Assembly: GCA_031409655.1 (NCBI GenBank)
Contig: JANNXQ010000170.1
Location: forward strand, 24,499-88,498
Direction: 5' to 3'
DNA length: 64,000 nt
Source: Chthoniobacteraceae bacterium
Lineage (GTDB): Bacteria > Verrucomicrobiota > Verrucomicrobiia > Chthoniobacterales > Chthoniobacteraceae
Shown here: positions 1 through 10,173 of the stretch, one piece after another
Layout: each line of letters begins with the position of its first letter
Position numbering within the stretch: position 1 is the first letter of the stretch
Translations under genes and position numbers: made by a program
Notes under the pieces: generated by a model
Told to the model about the DNA's origin: nothing
What the model saw: only the letters and a program-made list of their open reading frames with translations
Database searches by the model: none

Positions 1-278
1 ATGAAGGAAGTATTAACCGTCTTGTAGAGGAGAAACTTCCGGTCTGCCTTCGGGATGAAGTCTACGATGCTGTAGAGATCCGCTTCGGGATACAGCGCGA
101 GAATCTGCTCCAACACTCGCTCTGCTCCTCCGTAGAGCGGCAGCCAATCGTGGACAATAGCGACGCGTCGATTCGGATCGGTCAGGGCTTGCTCGCCGAT
201 GTGCGTGACGCCCCTGATGGAAGCTCGTGGTTCCTCTGATCCTTGCATCAGGCTGGTGATCGTTCGCGGTGTATTCAT
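1..278 (-). CDS. glycosyltransferase family 4, N-terminal fragment (gene runs off the left edge)
   Basis: ATG at 278..276. Hand translation MNTPRTITSLMQGSEEPRASIRGVTHIGEQALTDPNRRVAIVHDWLPLYGGAERVLEQILALYPEADLYSIVDF... stays open to position 1. 'IVHDWL..YGGAERV' is a usual GT4 N-terminus. Absent from the ORF track because it is truncated. Confidence 0.6.
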   Translation of the reverse strand, partial: MNTPRTITSLMQGSEEPRASIRGVTHIGEQALTDPNRRVAIVHDWLPLYGGAERVLEQILALYPEADLYSIVDFIPKADRKFLLYKTVNTSF

Positions 279-288
279 GGATGTCCCC

Positions 289-1545
289 TCAGTTGTTTGC
301 TGCTGCCTTCGGTGCGACCTCTGTCGCATCGCGATTGGTCGGATTTGATCCCGATTCTTCGAACGCAAAGCGCCCGGTTTTCTGTTGAAAGATAGTTCTG
401 TAGACGGCTTCCACTTTGCGGGCGGTCTCCCCGATCGTGAAATGATCAGCGACCCGCTTCTGGCCAGCGGTTCCCATCGCCAGGGCTCTTGCGGGTTCTG
501 AGAGGAGTTCGATCATGGCTGCGGCCATTTCTCCAGCGTCGCCCATTTTCACGAGCAACCCGGTTGCGCCATCCACCACGATCTCCGGCACGCCGCCGCC
601 GCGAGTGGCGATCACCGGTTTCCCCGCAGCCATCCCTTCAATCACTACCTGACCGAAGGGTTCGCCGGTCGTCGAGGCGTGGACGAGGATGGTGAGATGG
701 CGAATGAGATCCTGCACGTCGGTGCGGAAACCCATAAACTCGACACAATTCTCCATTTCGTGATCCACGACTAAGACGCGGAGTTTTGCCTCGTAGGCTT
801 CTTCGCCAAACATCGCGGACCCGATAATCTGAAAGCGCGCCTGCGGAAATTGAGAGCGCACTCGGGACGCAGCCTCGATGAAAATGTGCTGCCCTTTCCA
901 CTCGGTGATCCGGCCGACCAATCCGATCGTGGGTGCGCCCGAAGTAGGCGGTCCGCACCCGCTACAGTCTCCGGGAAAGCCGTCATGCACCACTGCCTGG
1001 ACGGCACGTCCGCGTTTGAGCGGAGTGAGTCTGAGCGTGTCCATGGTGGCTTGGGAGTTGGCGATGACAAAGTTAGGAAGCCATCGGCAGAGCCACTGGA
1101 AAACGCGGACGACGCGGTGCGGGAGGTAGTCGTCGGCGATGCGATCACGGACGTGCCACACGACCGGAACGCGGGCTAGGCGAGCGCCGATACCCCCGAG
1201 TAAGTCCGCTTTCAATGTATTGGTATGCACGAGATCAACGCCCCGCTTTTTCAGCCAGTTCGCGAGGCGGAATACGTAGCCCAGCGAATGCCAGAGAGCG
1301 CTCAGCCGAAGGAGTGATCCGGAGCTGAGCGAATCCTTCCGCGTCTCGATCACCCCAGCGGCCAAGGGTAGGACGTGGCTCTCCACTTCTGCCGCTTCGA
1401 GCTTGTCCCGGAGGGGGCCATCGGAGGCCAGGAGCACCACGGGTTCATAAGATGAACGATCAAGCCGCTGCACCAGATTGAGCAGCGCGATCTCACCACC
1501 ACCGAGCTTTGCCGTGTGGCCAAAGAAGAGGATCGTCTTACGCAC
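289..1545 (-). CDS. glycosyltransferase family 4
   Basis: ORF 289..1731 with GT4 C-terminal signature EPFGQVVIEGMAAGKPVIATRGGGVPEIV. Trimmed to GTG 1545 (VRKTILFFGHTAKLGGGE) because the upstream gene stops at 1538. Start uncertain. Confidence 0.8.
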   Translation of the reverse strand: MRKTILFFGHTAKLGGGEIALLNLVQRLDRSSYEPVVLLASDGPLRDKLEAAEVESHVLPLAAGVIETRKDSLSSGSLLRLSALWHSLGYVFRLANWLKKRGVDLVHTNTLKADLLGGIGARLARVPVVWHVRDRIADDYLPHRVVRVFQWLCRWLPNFVIANSQATMDTLRLTPLKRGRAVQAVVHDGFPGDCSGCGPPTSGAPTIGLVGRITEWKGQHIFIEAASRVRSQFPQARFQIIGSAMFGEEAYEAKLRVLVVDHEMENCVEFMGFRTDVQDLIRHLTILVHASTTGEPFGQVVIEGMAAGKPVIATRGGGVPEIVVDGATGLLVKMGDAGEMAAAMIELLSEPARALAMGTAGQKRVADHFTIGETARKVEAVYRTIFQQKTGRFAFEESGSNPTNRDATEVAPKAAANN

Positions 1546-2707
1546 TGGCAAGTTCCCGTTGCACGGCCCCCGCCCGCCGGTTGAAAGCCCGGTAAATGTC
1601 GCGCATCTGGCTGGCCACCTTCGCCCACGTATAGCTGGCTTCCACTTGTCGCCTCCCAGCTTCACCCAGCTTCTGCCCGAGGGCTGGATCGGCGCGCAAC
1701 TTTCCAATCGCCGCGGCGAGCGCTTCCGCATTTTTCTCCGGGAAGACTAATCCACCCCCACCAACAACCTCCGGGATGGCTCCCGAGTCGGAGCCGATGA
1801 CGGGCGTGCCGCATGCGTGCGCCTCGATGATCACGCGGCCGAATTGCTCTTTCCAACTCTGCACGGTGCGCGAGGGAAGAATGAGTGCATCGAGTCCGTT
1901 CATGACTTCGGGGAGGGCCTCGAGTTGGCGCGCTTCGAGGAAACGTACCTGTTCGCCCTTGCCCAATTCAGTAACGCGGCTTTCAAGAGTAGATCGGTAT
2001 TCGCCAGAGCCCACGAAGACCATCCGCAGGTCAGGTGGGCAGAAAGACAGGGCTTCGATCATCTCCATGAGCCCTTTGCGCTCAACGAGACGGCCCACGT
2101 AACCCACGGTGAAGTGGTCGAAGCCTAGAGCCCGGCGGCAGGCTTCGCGATCAAGCGGACGAAACAACGCGGTGTCGGCGGCGTTACCCACAACCTTCGT
2201 CGGACCTTTGTAACCTTTCTCCCGCAACACCTTGATCACTTCAAGGCTGCGTCCCACGGCATGATCAGCATTGGCGATAACGTAAGATTCCAACCAGCGG
2301 AATGGGGGAGGAAAACGTTTTTGTAAGTTCTGCTCCGACTCCATGACGATCCGTGTCTGGGGCAGCAGACGGTTTCGGAGCCAGCAGGCGTGCGCGCTGA
2401 CAAGAGCCCAAGGTTCTTCCCAGAGGTCGATGACGTCGGGCTGGAAATCGAGCAGTACTTGTTTTAGCGCCGGATACCAATGGAGGTAGTTTTGAGCGGG
2501 ACCCAGCCACAGCCACCGCGCTTTGCGCACGACGTATTCGAAGGCCGCGTGATCGGGGGGCTCGGCGGTCTTCCAGACGCCGTAGTGATTGAAGTGTTCG
2601 GGCGTGAGCACCATCAATTCAACGTCCCCGAGGCGCGCAAGTTGTTCCGCCTTGCGCTGGCCTTCGGCCCGCGACTGGCAAGTGTGCGAAATGAGTAAAA
2701 CCTTCAT
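1538..2707 (-). CDS. glycosyltransferase family 4
   Basis: ORF 1538..2830 trimmed to ATG 2707 (MKVLLISHTCQ), just downstream of the previous stop at 2718. Signature EQFGRVIIEAHACGTPVIGSDSGAIPEVV. Confidence 0.8.
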   Translation of the reverse strand: MKVLLISHTCQSRAEGQRKAEQLARLGDVELMVLTPEHFNHYGVWKTAEPPDHAAFEYVVRKARWLWLGPAQNYLHWYPALKQVLLDFQPDVIDLWEEPWALVSAHACWLRNRLLPQTRIVMESEQNLQKRFPPPFRWLESYVIANADHAVGRSLEVIKVLREKGYKGPTKVVGNAADTALFRPLDREACRRALGFDHFTVGYVGRLVERKGLMEMIEALSFCPPDLRMVFVGSGEYRSTLESRVTELGKGEQVRFLEARQLEALPEVMNGLDALILPSRTVQSWKEQFGRVIIEAHACGTPVIGSDSGAIPEVVGGGGLVFPEKNAEALAAAIGKLRADPALGQKLGEAGRRQVEASYTWAKVASQMRDIYRAFNRRAGAVQRELASA

Positions 2708-2717
2708 CCTTTGCAGG

Positions 2718-3911
2718 TCATCGGGCTGCAGAAACCGTTGAGCGGAGCGCGACTTCATAGGCGGCGAGAGTGCTGCGAGCCATCTCGAGTGCAGTGTAGT
2801 TTGAAGTAAAGCGACGACGGCCTTCCGCACCCATCCTAGCCCGTGCCGTGGGATCTCCGATTAACTGGAGCAAGGCTGCGGCCACTGCGTCTGGGCTCGC
2901 GGGCGGAACGAGCAAGCCGGTCTCGCCGTGTGACACGATCTCCTTTGGGCCACCGGCGTCGGACGCGATCACCGGTTTCCCTAGAGCCATTGCTTCGAGA
3001 ATGACGAGGCCGAATGGTTCCGCAAGACTGGGTAAGATGAAGACATCAGCGGTCGCGATGAAAGCCAGTGAGTCGCGGCGGAATCCGGTGAGCGTGACAT
3101 CCCCTGCCAGACCAAGGTGGGCGACCTGCTGTTCCAAGGCTGCACGGTAAGAACCTTCACCGACAATCAAGCACCGTGCCGTCGGTTTGGTGGCGACCAC
3201 CGTTTTCATCGCCGCGATCAGCGTCGGCACATCCTTTTCCTTCTCGAGGCGAGCGACACAGACGATCAGAGGAGAGTCGGTTCCGACGGCAAATTCCGAG
3301 CGAATACGGGTTGCTTCCAGAGTCGGTTTGATTTCTGGGTCTGAGATTCCGTTCGGCACGACGGCAATCTTCTGCGGTCCAGCATCCCCGCGTGAAAGCA
3401 TCGCTGCCTGGACGGCACCCGAGATCGCGATAAAACGGGTGATCCGTCCGTTGGTCCAACGGTGGGCGAGGGCCCCGAGCATCCTTTTCAGCGTGCGCTG
3501 TTGGAGGCGTCCTGGCTCGATGAAGTGCTGCGTCACCACGCTCGCACCCACACCACTTCGGAGGGTGGCAAGTGCAGCCGAAAGTCCCGTTCGACCATTG
3601 TGCGCGTGGATGATGTTGATCTCTCCTGTTTGTAGCAATTTGGTCAGCGTCTTGACGGCCGCTTGGTCGATGAGGCCACCCTTCTGGATAACCACCACCG
3701 GCAAACGATCTGCATGCGCTCGATCCAAAAGAACGGAGGGGTTCGGGCAGCCAATGGAAACTGCTGCGCCGCAGGCCCGAAGTTCTTTTGCCAATTCCAG
3801 GATATGGCGCTCGGTCCCGGCAAATACATCCGAGTCCGTAAAAAGAAGCACTCGTAGCTGCGGGCCCGTTTTCACGGGTGCGTCGATTCCCATTGTTTCC
3901 GTGATGGTCAT
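2718..3911 (-). CDS. glycosyltransferase family 4
   Basis: 397-aa ORF with ATG start. Signature EPFGLVILEAMALGKPVIASDAGGPKEIV. Confidence 0.85.
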   Translation of the reverse strand: MTITETMGIDAPVKTGPQLRVLLFTDSDVFAGTERHILELAKELRACGAAVSIGCPNPSVLLDRAHADRLPVVVIQKGGLIDQAAVKTLTKLLQTGEINIIHAHNGRTGLSAALATLRSGVGASVVTQHFIEPGRLQQRTLKRMLGALAHRWTNGRITRFIAISGAVQAAMLSRGDAGPQKIAVVPNGISDPEIKPTLEATRIRSEFAVGTDSPLIVCVARLEKEKDVPTLIAAMKTVVATKPTARCLIVGEGSYRAALEQQVAHLGLAGDVTLTGFRRDSLAFIATADVFILPSLAEPFGLVILEAMALGKPVIASDAGGPKEIVSHGETGLLVPPASPDAVAAALLQLIGDPTARARMGAEGRRRFTSNYTALEMARSTLAAYEVALRSTVSAAR

Positions 3912-3941
3912 GCTCTGTGCGGACTCTGTAGCTCGTCCTGG

Positions 3942-4883
3942 TCAGACCTTTTGCGCTAGCACCCGGACGTACCCACCGCTGTTGAGCCGGGAAGCAATGG
4001 CGGCGAGTCCGGCTTTCAACTGATGCAGCGGTCTGCTCGCGCGCTGCACGACCGCTTCATTCATCAATGATGGGTAAGCGCTGCCGGCGTCGAGAACTTG
4101 AAAGCCAACTTTTCGCACGGCAGTGGCAAGAGACTTTGGCGTGAAGAAGTTGATGTGTTCTGGCGGCTTTAACTGGCTCCACTTGGCCCCCTTTACCTTG
4201 CGGCCAATGCTCCCCCAGTTCGGCAATTCAATAAAGAGGAGCCCACCCGGAGCGAGCAAATCACGAGTCCGGTCGAGCGTAGCTACTGGATCAATGACGT
4301 GCTCGAGAACATGCCACATCGTCGAAAGTCCGAAACTCCCGGTTGCGAGATCGGAGTGAAAAACATCGCCCTTCAGCACATTCAGTCCGAACTCGTTTCG
4401 GGCGACATCGATTGCAAAGTCTGAAAATTCCACTCCCACGCATTCCCACTGGTCCGCTTGTGCCTCAGCGAGAAACCCCCCAGTCGCACACCCCACGTCG
4501 AGCAGTCGCCGCGGGCGGATCTTGTGTTTGGAAAGCAGGCTCTTCAACTCGACCCACATCCGGCGTGCGTTGACCTCAGCGACGGAACGGTAGTTCGCGT
4601 AGCCTAGAACGGTGGGCTGGCTGCGTTCGAAGTACGTGGAAGTGTAAAAGCGCTCAAGCTCCTGGGCACTCGGTCGCGGCAAGGCGAAAGCGAAGTCACA
4701 TGTCCGGCACTTCTCGATGCCATAGTCAGTCCAGGTCTTCACTTCATAGACGCGTTGGAGACTCGCCCCCTGGCAGAGCGGGCATATTGACTTTGTGGCC
4801 ATGCCGGGGTCTTCAGCGACATTGCTGAGCTTTGGAGATGTTGCTTCAGTTTCCATGACAATGGGCTGTGAGAGTGCGTTCAT
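3942..4883 (-). CDS. class I SAM-dependent methyltransferase with N-terminal zinc-ribbon
   Basis: CPLCQG...CRTCDF Cys pairs followed by SAM motif LLDVGCATGGFL. The true start may be an internal Met (4856 or 4802), since 4883 overlaps the upstream gene by 38 nt. Confidence 0.75.
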   Translation of the reverse strand: MNALSQPIVMETEATSPKLSNVAEDPGMATKSICPLCQGASLQRVYEVKTWTDYGIEKCRTCDFAFALPRPSAQELERFYTSTYFERSQPTVLGYANYRSVAEVNARRMWVELKSLLSKHKIRPRRLLDVGCATGGFLAEAQADQWECVGVEFSDFAIDVARNEFGLNVLKGDVFHSDLATGSFGLSTMWHVLEHVIDPVATLDRTRDLLAPGGLLFIELPNWGSIGRKVKGAKWSQLKPPEHINFFTPKSLATAVRKVGFQVLDAGSAYPSLMNEAVVQRASRPLHQLKAGLAAIASRLNSGGYVRVLAQKV

Positions 4884-5988
4884 AAATCTCTAGTACTGTA
4901 GGCCATTTATATTGATCCACGGTGGCCGGTGTGGTGGCGCTCAGCGCCGCGCGTCGCTCGTCGTCGAGCAAAGGGGAGAGGGCTGCGGCAAGTTCTTCGC
5001 CACTCTTCGGGTCCGAAATGAGAGCGCCATTGACCCCGGGACGAATGGCGTCGCGGGCACCGGGAACCGTGGTAGTGATAACTGGAACTCCGCTCCCCAA
5101 GGCTTCGAGAATCGCGAGCGAGAAAGCTTCGTATTGGGTAGGTAGAACGAACAAATCCCCAGCGGCGTGGTAGGAGGCGACGTCGCTGGTTTGACCGCAG
5201 GCGAATACTTGCCCGGTGATACCCACTCTCTCGGCCGCCCGGCGAATGGTGCTTACTTCAGGCCTGCCGATCACTAGCACGCGCAGGCGCGGAGAACCGA
5301 CGATTTTCACTGCGTGAAGAACAGTCTCGAACCCTTTGCGATCCAATTCATTCGCAACGAAGAGCAACGCGACGTGGGCTGGCAAAAGTCCGACTTGCTC
5401 CCGCGACTTTAGACGCCGCGCTGCCCGAAGTTCCGGGTTGAATTCCGCAGGCGAGAAGCCGTTTGGAATGATCTCTACGTCCTTGAGAGGCACTTCGTAG
5501 TGCCGGTGCAGATCCTGGCGGACCTGCTCAGTGGTCGCGATGAGTTTCCGATATCGCCGTTCCCGGAAGTGAGTCTCCTCCAGCTTAAGGATCGCCGGGT
5601 GCAGAGGATTCAGTCGTTGCCGAATACGTGCTGCAGAGAAAGGAGGGCGAAACTGAGCGCAGCGTTCAAGCCAGGCGCGATGCACACTTTGCACCCAGTG
5701 TACTCCGCCAGTCGGGCACACCGCACCGTGAGTATTGAGAACATCAAACTGCTCGCGGCCGAGAGCCTTGGAACAGTTGTGATAATAGGAAGTGCCTCGT
5801 AGAAACCCAGGCTGGCTCCGGACCGGCACGCGGCGGTAGTGGACGCCGCGGGTATCAGTTTCATCCCACTCGTTAGCAAAAACAGTGACATCATGTTGAC
5901 GGGACGCGAGGAAGCCCGCGCATTCGAATGCCACGCGTTCGACACCACCACGCTGATGACAGCCGGGAAAAGAAAGTGCGACTTTCAT
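4846..5988 (-). CDS. glycosyltransferase family 4
   Basis: 380-aa ORF with EAFSLAILEALGSGVPVITTTVPGARDAI. Its ATG 5988 forms an ATGA overlap with the upstream stop. Confidence 0.8.
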   Translation of the reverse strand: MKVALSFPGCHQRGGVERVAFECAGFLASRQHDVTVFANEWDETDTRGVHYRRVPVRSQPGFLRGTSYYHNCSKALGREQFDVLNTHGAVCPTGGVHWVQSVHRAWLERCAQFRPPFSAARIRQRLNPLHPAILKLEETHFRERRYRKLIATTEQVRQDLHRHYEVPLKDVEIIPNGFSPAEFNPELRAARRLKSREQVGLLPAHVALLFVANELDRKGFETVLHAVKIVGSPRLRVLVIGRPEVSTIRRAAERVGITGQVFACGQTSDVASYHAAGDLFVLPTQYEAFSLAILEALGSGVPVITTTVPGARDAIRPGVNGALISDPKSGEELAAALSPLLDDERRAALSATTPATVDQYKWPTVLEIYERTLTAHCHGN

Positions 5989-7247
5989 GCGGGTTGCATG
6001 GCGCTGGATTCAATGAGCGAAGCGGACTCCGATCGTTGGCGCCGTGCGATCACCAAGCGGCGTCGGCTTACGAAATAGGCATGAGTCGCCATTCCTGCCG
6101 CAGCCCACGCGACCATGATCGCACCACGGCTCCAGTAGTGGTCAACCAATCCATGGACAAATTTGCTCAGAACGAGCGCGCCTCCCAGGGCCATGATCGA
6201 GAAGAGAGCGTCGTCCTTGCGAATAATCCGCCGTGCTTTCCAGACCATGCGTCCGGTGGCGACGTGGAGGTAAAGGAACGCGGCCATCCCGAGTACTCCG
6301 GTTTCTGCAAGCGTCAAAAGGAACACATTGGTGGCGTCGTATTCTTTCCGCAGCCCGACTCCGACGCCGATGATGGGCGAGCGCTCAAATTGACTCTTTG
6401 CATAGTCCATGGACATGTAACGAAGGCGGATATTCCAATTCTCCTTGTCGAAGCCAGTCGCGTAAGACTTAGACTGTTGCGGCAAAAGAGCCCAACACAC
6501 CGCAATCAGCGGGACCAGAAAAGCACCCATACGAACCATCAGCGCAAACTCACGCCGGAGTGCGAGGAGGAGGAAGATCCCACAGGTAGCGCCGATCCAA
6601 CCGCCACGGGACAGGGAGAAAAACAATCCAGCTACTAATAGTGCCATGATGGCTCCGAGAAGCCATCGGGTGCGTCGTGTCCGAGCACTAAACCAAAGTT
6701 CGGCGCAGACGATTACGGAAGTAGCGAGTGATCCGCCGACCCCGTTTTTGTGCAAGCCGAGGACATATCCCGAGCGCGTAATAAGAACGGCGCTGGCGAG
6801 AACCACCCCAATGACGACTAATCCCTTCAATGCGAGCTGGTAGTCCTCGGCATTTTTCGTAAAAGAGGTAAAGAGGCAAACCGCCACAACCAGGTACATT
6901 CCCATTTGCGTTAAGGATACGAGACTGGAGGGCCGCCAGCTATTCAGTGAAGAAAGCAAACAGACTCCCAGATAGATGAGAACGGGAACGAAAAGCGGCC
7001 CAAAGAGGATCGGACGGCGCCGGAGGAGAAAAAGTGGGACGGAGAGCAGCAGATTGATCTCGGCAATTGAAAAATGAGGACCGGCCGACTGCGCCATATC
7101 CGGACGCTCCGGTTCCATGGCGAGGCTGGCGGAGATGTCATTTTGAAAAGGAGCCAACGCAAAGATCATCATGAGCGGGATTTTTGGCCACTTCCAACCT
7201 ACCCCCCAAAAAAGACACGCATACACGATGGCCGCAATGAACATCAT
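5985..7247 (-). CDS. O-antigen ligase / Wzy_C-family polytopic membrane protein
   Basis: 420 aa and very hydrophobic with about 10 TM segments. The loop FFSLSRGGWIGA resembles the O-antigen-ligase (Wzy_C) signature region. Confidence 0.65.
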   Translation of the reverse strand: MMFIAAIVYACLFWGVGWKWPKIPLMMIFALAPFQNDISASLAMEPERPDMAQSAGPHFSIAEINLLLSVPLFLLRRRPILFGPLFVPVLIYLGVCLLSSLNSWRPSSLVSLTQMGMYLVVAVCLFTSFTKNAEDYQLALKGLVVIGVVLASAVLITRSGYVLGLHKNGVGGSLATSVIVCAELWFSARTRRTRWLLGAIMALLVAGLFFSLSRGGWIGATCGIFLLLALRREFALMVRMGAFLVPLIAVCWALLPQQSKSYATGFDKENWNIRLRYMSMDYAKSQFERSPIIGVGVGLRKEYDATNVFLLTLAETGVLGMAAFLYLHVATGRMVWKARRIIRKDDALFSIMALGGALVLSKFVHGLVDHYWSRGAIMVAWAAAGMATHAYFVSRRRLVIARRQRSESASLIESSAMQPA

Positions 7248-7250
7248 AGA

Positions 7251-8159
7251 TCAGCGCCAGTGAAAGGCTTGGCGGAACACCAGCCATGAGTGAAGGCGCA
7301 CCTTTGCAGTGGCGACTTCTCGTCGCGAGGGCAGGAGGCTCGCGATGCTCCACAGAATTGCGCGCATCGAGCACCCCACAATCATGGCGCCGCGGATCGC
7401 CAGCAGGCCGAGCCGGCCGTGATGTTTCCGGCCATAGTAGTCGAGACTCGTAAAAAAATGTTGAGTGACAGCGGCCTTTTCCGACACCCCGCTCGCTCCG
7501 CCCAAATGGGTCACACGAGCGCTTGGCACGAACATAACCTTCCAACCGCAATCCCACATACGACGCTCCCAATCCGCCTCCTCGCTATACATGAAAAAGT
7601 TCTCGTCGAAGCCACCGACGTCCTGAAAGGCCTTACGCCGGACGAGCATGCACGCTCCGATGACGAACTCTACGGAGCGCACCTCGTCATGCGGCCAGTC
7701 GTTGTAGCCACGCGATAGCCAAAGATTCTCTTTCCACGCATGACTAGGGGACGGAAATTTGTAGCAAGATATCTGGAGTGAACCGTCCTTGTTCAGAATG
7801 CGTGGGCCTGCCACGCCAGTATCTGGGTGTTCCTGAAGAAACGAAAGCATCTCGTTCACTGCGTTGGGCTCAGGAAAGGCGTCGCTATTTAGCAGAAGAA
7901 AATAGTCGCCTGCTGCTGCCCGCAGGCCTTGGTTGTTCGCCGCACCGAAACCGAGATTGGCTGAGTTTTGAAGGACACAAATGCGCGGGTCCGCGCCACG
8001 GATTGCTTCGACGCTGCCGTCATTCGATCCATTGTCGATAACGATTACTTCCGACGAAATGCCTTCAAGTGCGTCCGATAGAGTAGTCAGGCACTCAAGA
8101 GTCAGAGCACGCGTGTTGTAAGACACGATGATGACGGAGAGTAGAGGGGTGGAGTCCAT
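7251..8159 (-). CDS. glycosyltransferase family 2
   Basis: LSVIIVSYNTRALTLECL, VIVIDNGSNDGS and LLLNSDA (DxD region). Confidence 0.85.
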   Translation of the reverse strand: MDSTPLLSVIIVSYNTRALTLECLTTLSDALEGISSEVIVIDNGSNDGSVEAIRGADPRICVLQNSANLGFGAANNQGLRAAAGDYFLLLNSDAFPEPNAVNEMLSFLQEHPDTGVAGPRILNKDGSLQISCYKFPSPSHAWKENLWLSRGYNDWPHDEVRSVEFVIGACMLVRRKAFQDVGGFDENFFMYSEEADWERRMWDCGWKVMFVPSARVTHLGGASGVSEKAAVTQHFFTSLDYYGRKHHGRLGLLAIRGAMIVGCSMRAILWSIASLLPSRREVATAKVRLHSWLVFRQAFHWR

Positions 8160-8171
8160 TCGGACGATTCG

Positions 8172-9395
8172 CTATGCAGCCGGGACACAGGATTCGATGA
8201 CTCGAACTACTTCATCAACCCGACGATCCCATGAGTGCTTGCGAGCTTCCGTGCGCCGCGCCTCGGCAACCTCTCCGCGCTCGCCGAGTGCTTCCTCGAT
8301 TTTGGTGACGAAGGATTCATGGTCGTTCGCAAGATGGACGAGGTTCGGAAAATCGCGAAAGCCAGGAACTGAAGTCGAGACGATGGGTTTCCCAGCTGCG
8401 AGGTATTCCCAAAGCTTGATAGGATTGAGGCTTTCGGTGAATGCGGTCACCCGATGTGGGACGATGCAGACATCAAAGGCGCGCATAAATTCAGGAATCT
8501 GAGAGTAGGGGACGGCTGGAACACGATGGACATTGCCCAACGCATCAAGGCAACCGGCATCCGAAGGAGAGAGGAAGTCCGGGCCAATGAGCACGATGGA
8601 TCCATTGGGGTATCTCTTTGCGATGGCGGCAATGAGCGCGACGTCCACCCGGCTTGAGTGAACGGTGCCGGTGTAGCCGAGGATTGGCCGTTTCCACTGC
8701 GCCGCCTCGGCAGGTAAGCCCATGGCGCGATTCAGGACATGTTGATAGTGGGCCGCATGCACTCCGTTCGGGATCAAGTGAAGCCGCTTGGCTAAGGCGC
8801 GCTTCTTTTCGCGGAGTCGTTCGGAACAGACGATGACGGCATCAGCCCTCAGGCAAAGGGCCGCGTCTTGTTCGGTGATCAATTTTACTTCCCGTCGTCC
8901 TTGATCAAGTTCGGTCCAGTCATCTGTGATGTCGTAAATCACCGCGCACTCGTTGAGCTTTCCAACCATCGAGATGCCGAAATGGGGATTCAGCCAAAGC
9001 AGCGGATGGGTCATGCCGAGGTTTGCAGCGACTTCTCGGAGGTGGCGAACGGCCATTGCTTCATTGAAGTGGCGGCAAGGCGCGAGGGAATTTGGCATCC
9101 ACTTTATGGGGCGGGTGACGACGATGTTCGGGTGCTCCGGAACGGAGCAAGTCGCGCTCGCGCTCAGTTCCGCGAACCGTCCGTGGCGGAGGCTGTTCGA
9201 AATGTCGCGCGGCGGGGCGACAAAGAGAATTTTCGAGCTTTGGAAGCGACGGGAGAGTGCGGCGCAGAGGAATTGATTGCGTCTCCAGACCTCATCCCAG
9301 TTTTCGAGCGAGACGAAGATGATGTCGCAGCCTTGGAAAGCAGGGGCCCCTGGGTTATCCGGAGTCACGATTGCGGCTGAATCCAACACCGTCAC
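8172..9395 (-). CDS. glycosyltransferase (TuaH-like GT1/GT4)
   Basis: 407-aa ORF. The N-terminus DIIFVSLENWDEVWRRNQFL is typical of TuaH-like transferases. The GTG start at 9395 overlaps the downstream stop (GTGA). Confidence 0.6.
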   Translation of the reverse strand: MTVLDSAAIVTPDNPGAPAFQGCDIIFVSLENWDEVWRRNQFLCAALSRRFQSSKILFVAPPRDISNSLRHGRFAELSASATCSVPEHPNIVVTRPIKWMPNSLAPCRHFNEAMAVRHLREVAANLGMTHPLLWLNPHFGISMVGKLNECAVIYDITDDWTELDQGRREVKLITEQDAALCLRADAVIVCSERLREKKRALAKRLHLIPNGVHAAHYQHVLNRAMGLPAEAAQWKRPILGYTGTVHSSRVDVALIAAIAKRYPNGSIVLIGPDFLSPSDAGCLDALGNVHRVPAVPYSQIPEFMRAFDVCIVPHRVTAFTESLNPIKLWEYLAAGKPIVSTSVPGFRDFPNLVHLANDHESFVTKIEEALGERGEVAEARRTEARKHSWDRRVDEVVRVIESCVPAA

Positions 9396-10144
9396 AGGTC
9401 AAGAAAAGCGATGATGTCGATCTCTTTAATTTTTGAATGCTTGTACTTTCGTCCCTTGATTGCGGCAAAGAGTGCGTCGCTACATCCACCCACGTAGCCG
9501 TCGTGCAATTCCATGATCATGAGTCTGACTCTGCGCAACCAGTCGCTTCCGTGTTCAAAGAGTACCTTTTCCGCACCTTCAACATCTAGCTTGAGAATAT
9601 CGATGATTTCCGACCCTTCGCTCAGGATGATATCGGAGAGCGTCACGGCGGGGATACCCCCACGGTCGTCTGCGCCTTCCACGACGCGAAAGAGAAAACT
9701 CGCGTCATCGGGATTTTCAATTTTCATCCAACCAGGGCGGTGCCAAATGGCGGCGTGGATTAGTCGGACGTTTGGATAGCCGGAGCAATTCTTCCGGAAA
9801 ACCTCGCAGTTTTTCGCATCGGGTTCGATCGAGATGATTTTGGCATTCGGAAACCGGTTGGCGAACATCGCTGAGGCAAAGCCAACATTGGCACCGCCGT
9901 CCACGATCAGGCGGGGGTTGCCATTCAGAGCGGGGTCGTAAACCTCACCAAACTTTTTTCCGAAGACTTCGAGGAAGACGTAAAGATCGCCGGAGCGGCA
10001 ATAGAGGGGGTGTTCGATTCCCTCGATACTCAGCGTAATTAGATCGCGGCCACGAAGTTTCTGCGTCGCGATCCCGATGGCGTTTCCGAAACCGAGGTCG
10101 CGCGCATAACGCAGCAAATTGTTGGCCTGTCCGAGTAGTCTCAT
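9392..10144 (-). CDS. FkbM-family methyltransferase
   Basis: VDGGANVGFASAMFA and ILKLDVEGAE motifs. ORF 9392..10324 trimmed to ATG 10144 (MRLLGQANN). Confidence 0.75.
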   Translation of the reverse strand: MRLLGQANNLLRYARDLGFGNAIGIATQKLRGRDLITLSIEGIEHPLYCRSGDLYVFLEVFGKKFGEVYDPALNGNPRLIVDGGANVGFASAMFANRFPNAKIISIEPDAKNCEVFRKNCSGYPNVRLIHAAIWHRPGWMKIENPDDASFLFRVVEGADDRGGIPAVTLSDIILSEGSEIIDILKLDVEGAEKVLFEHGSDWLRRVRLMIMELHDGYVGGCSDALFAAIKGRKYKHSKIKEIDIIAFLDL

Positions 10145-10173
10145 GTGGAGGTGTTCAGCAAAAAGTGCGCGGG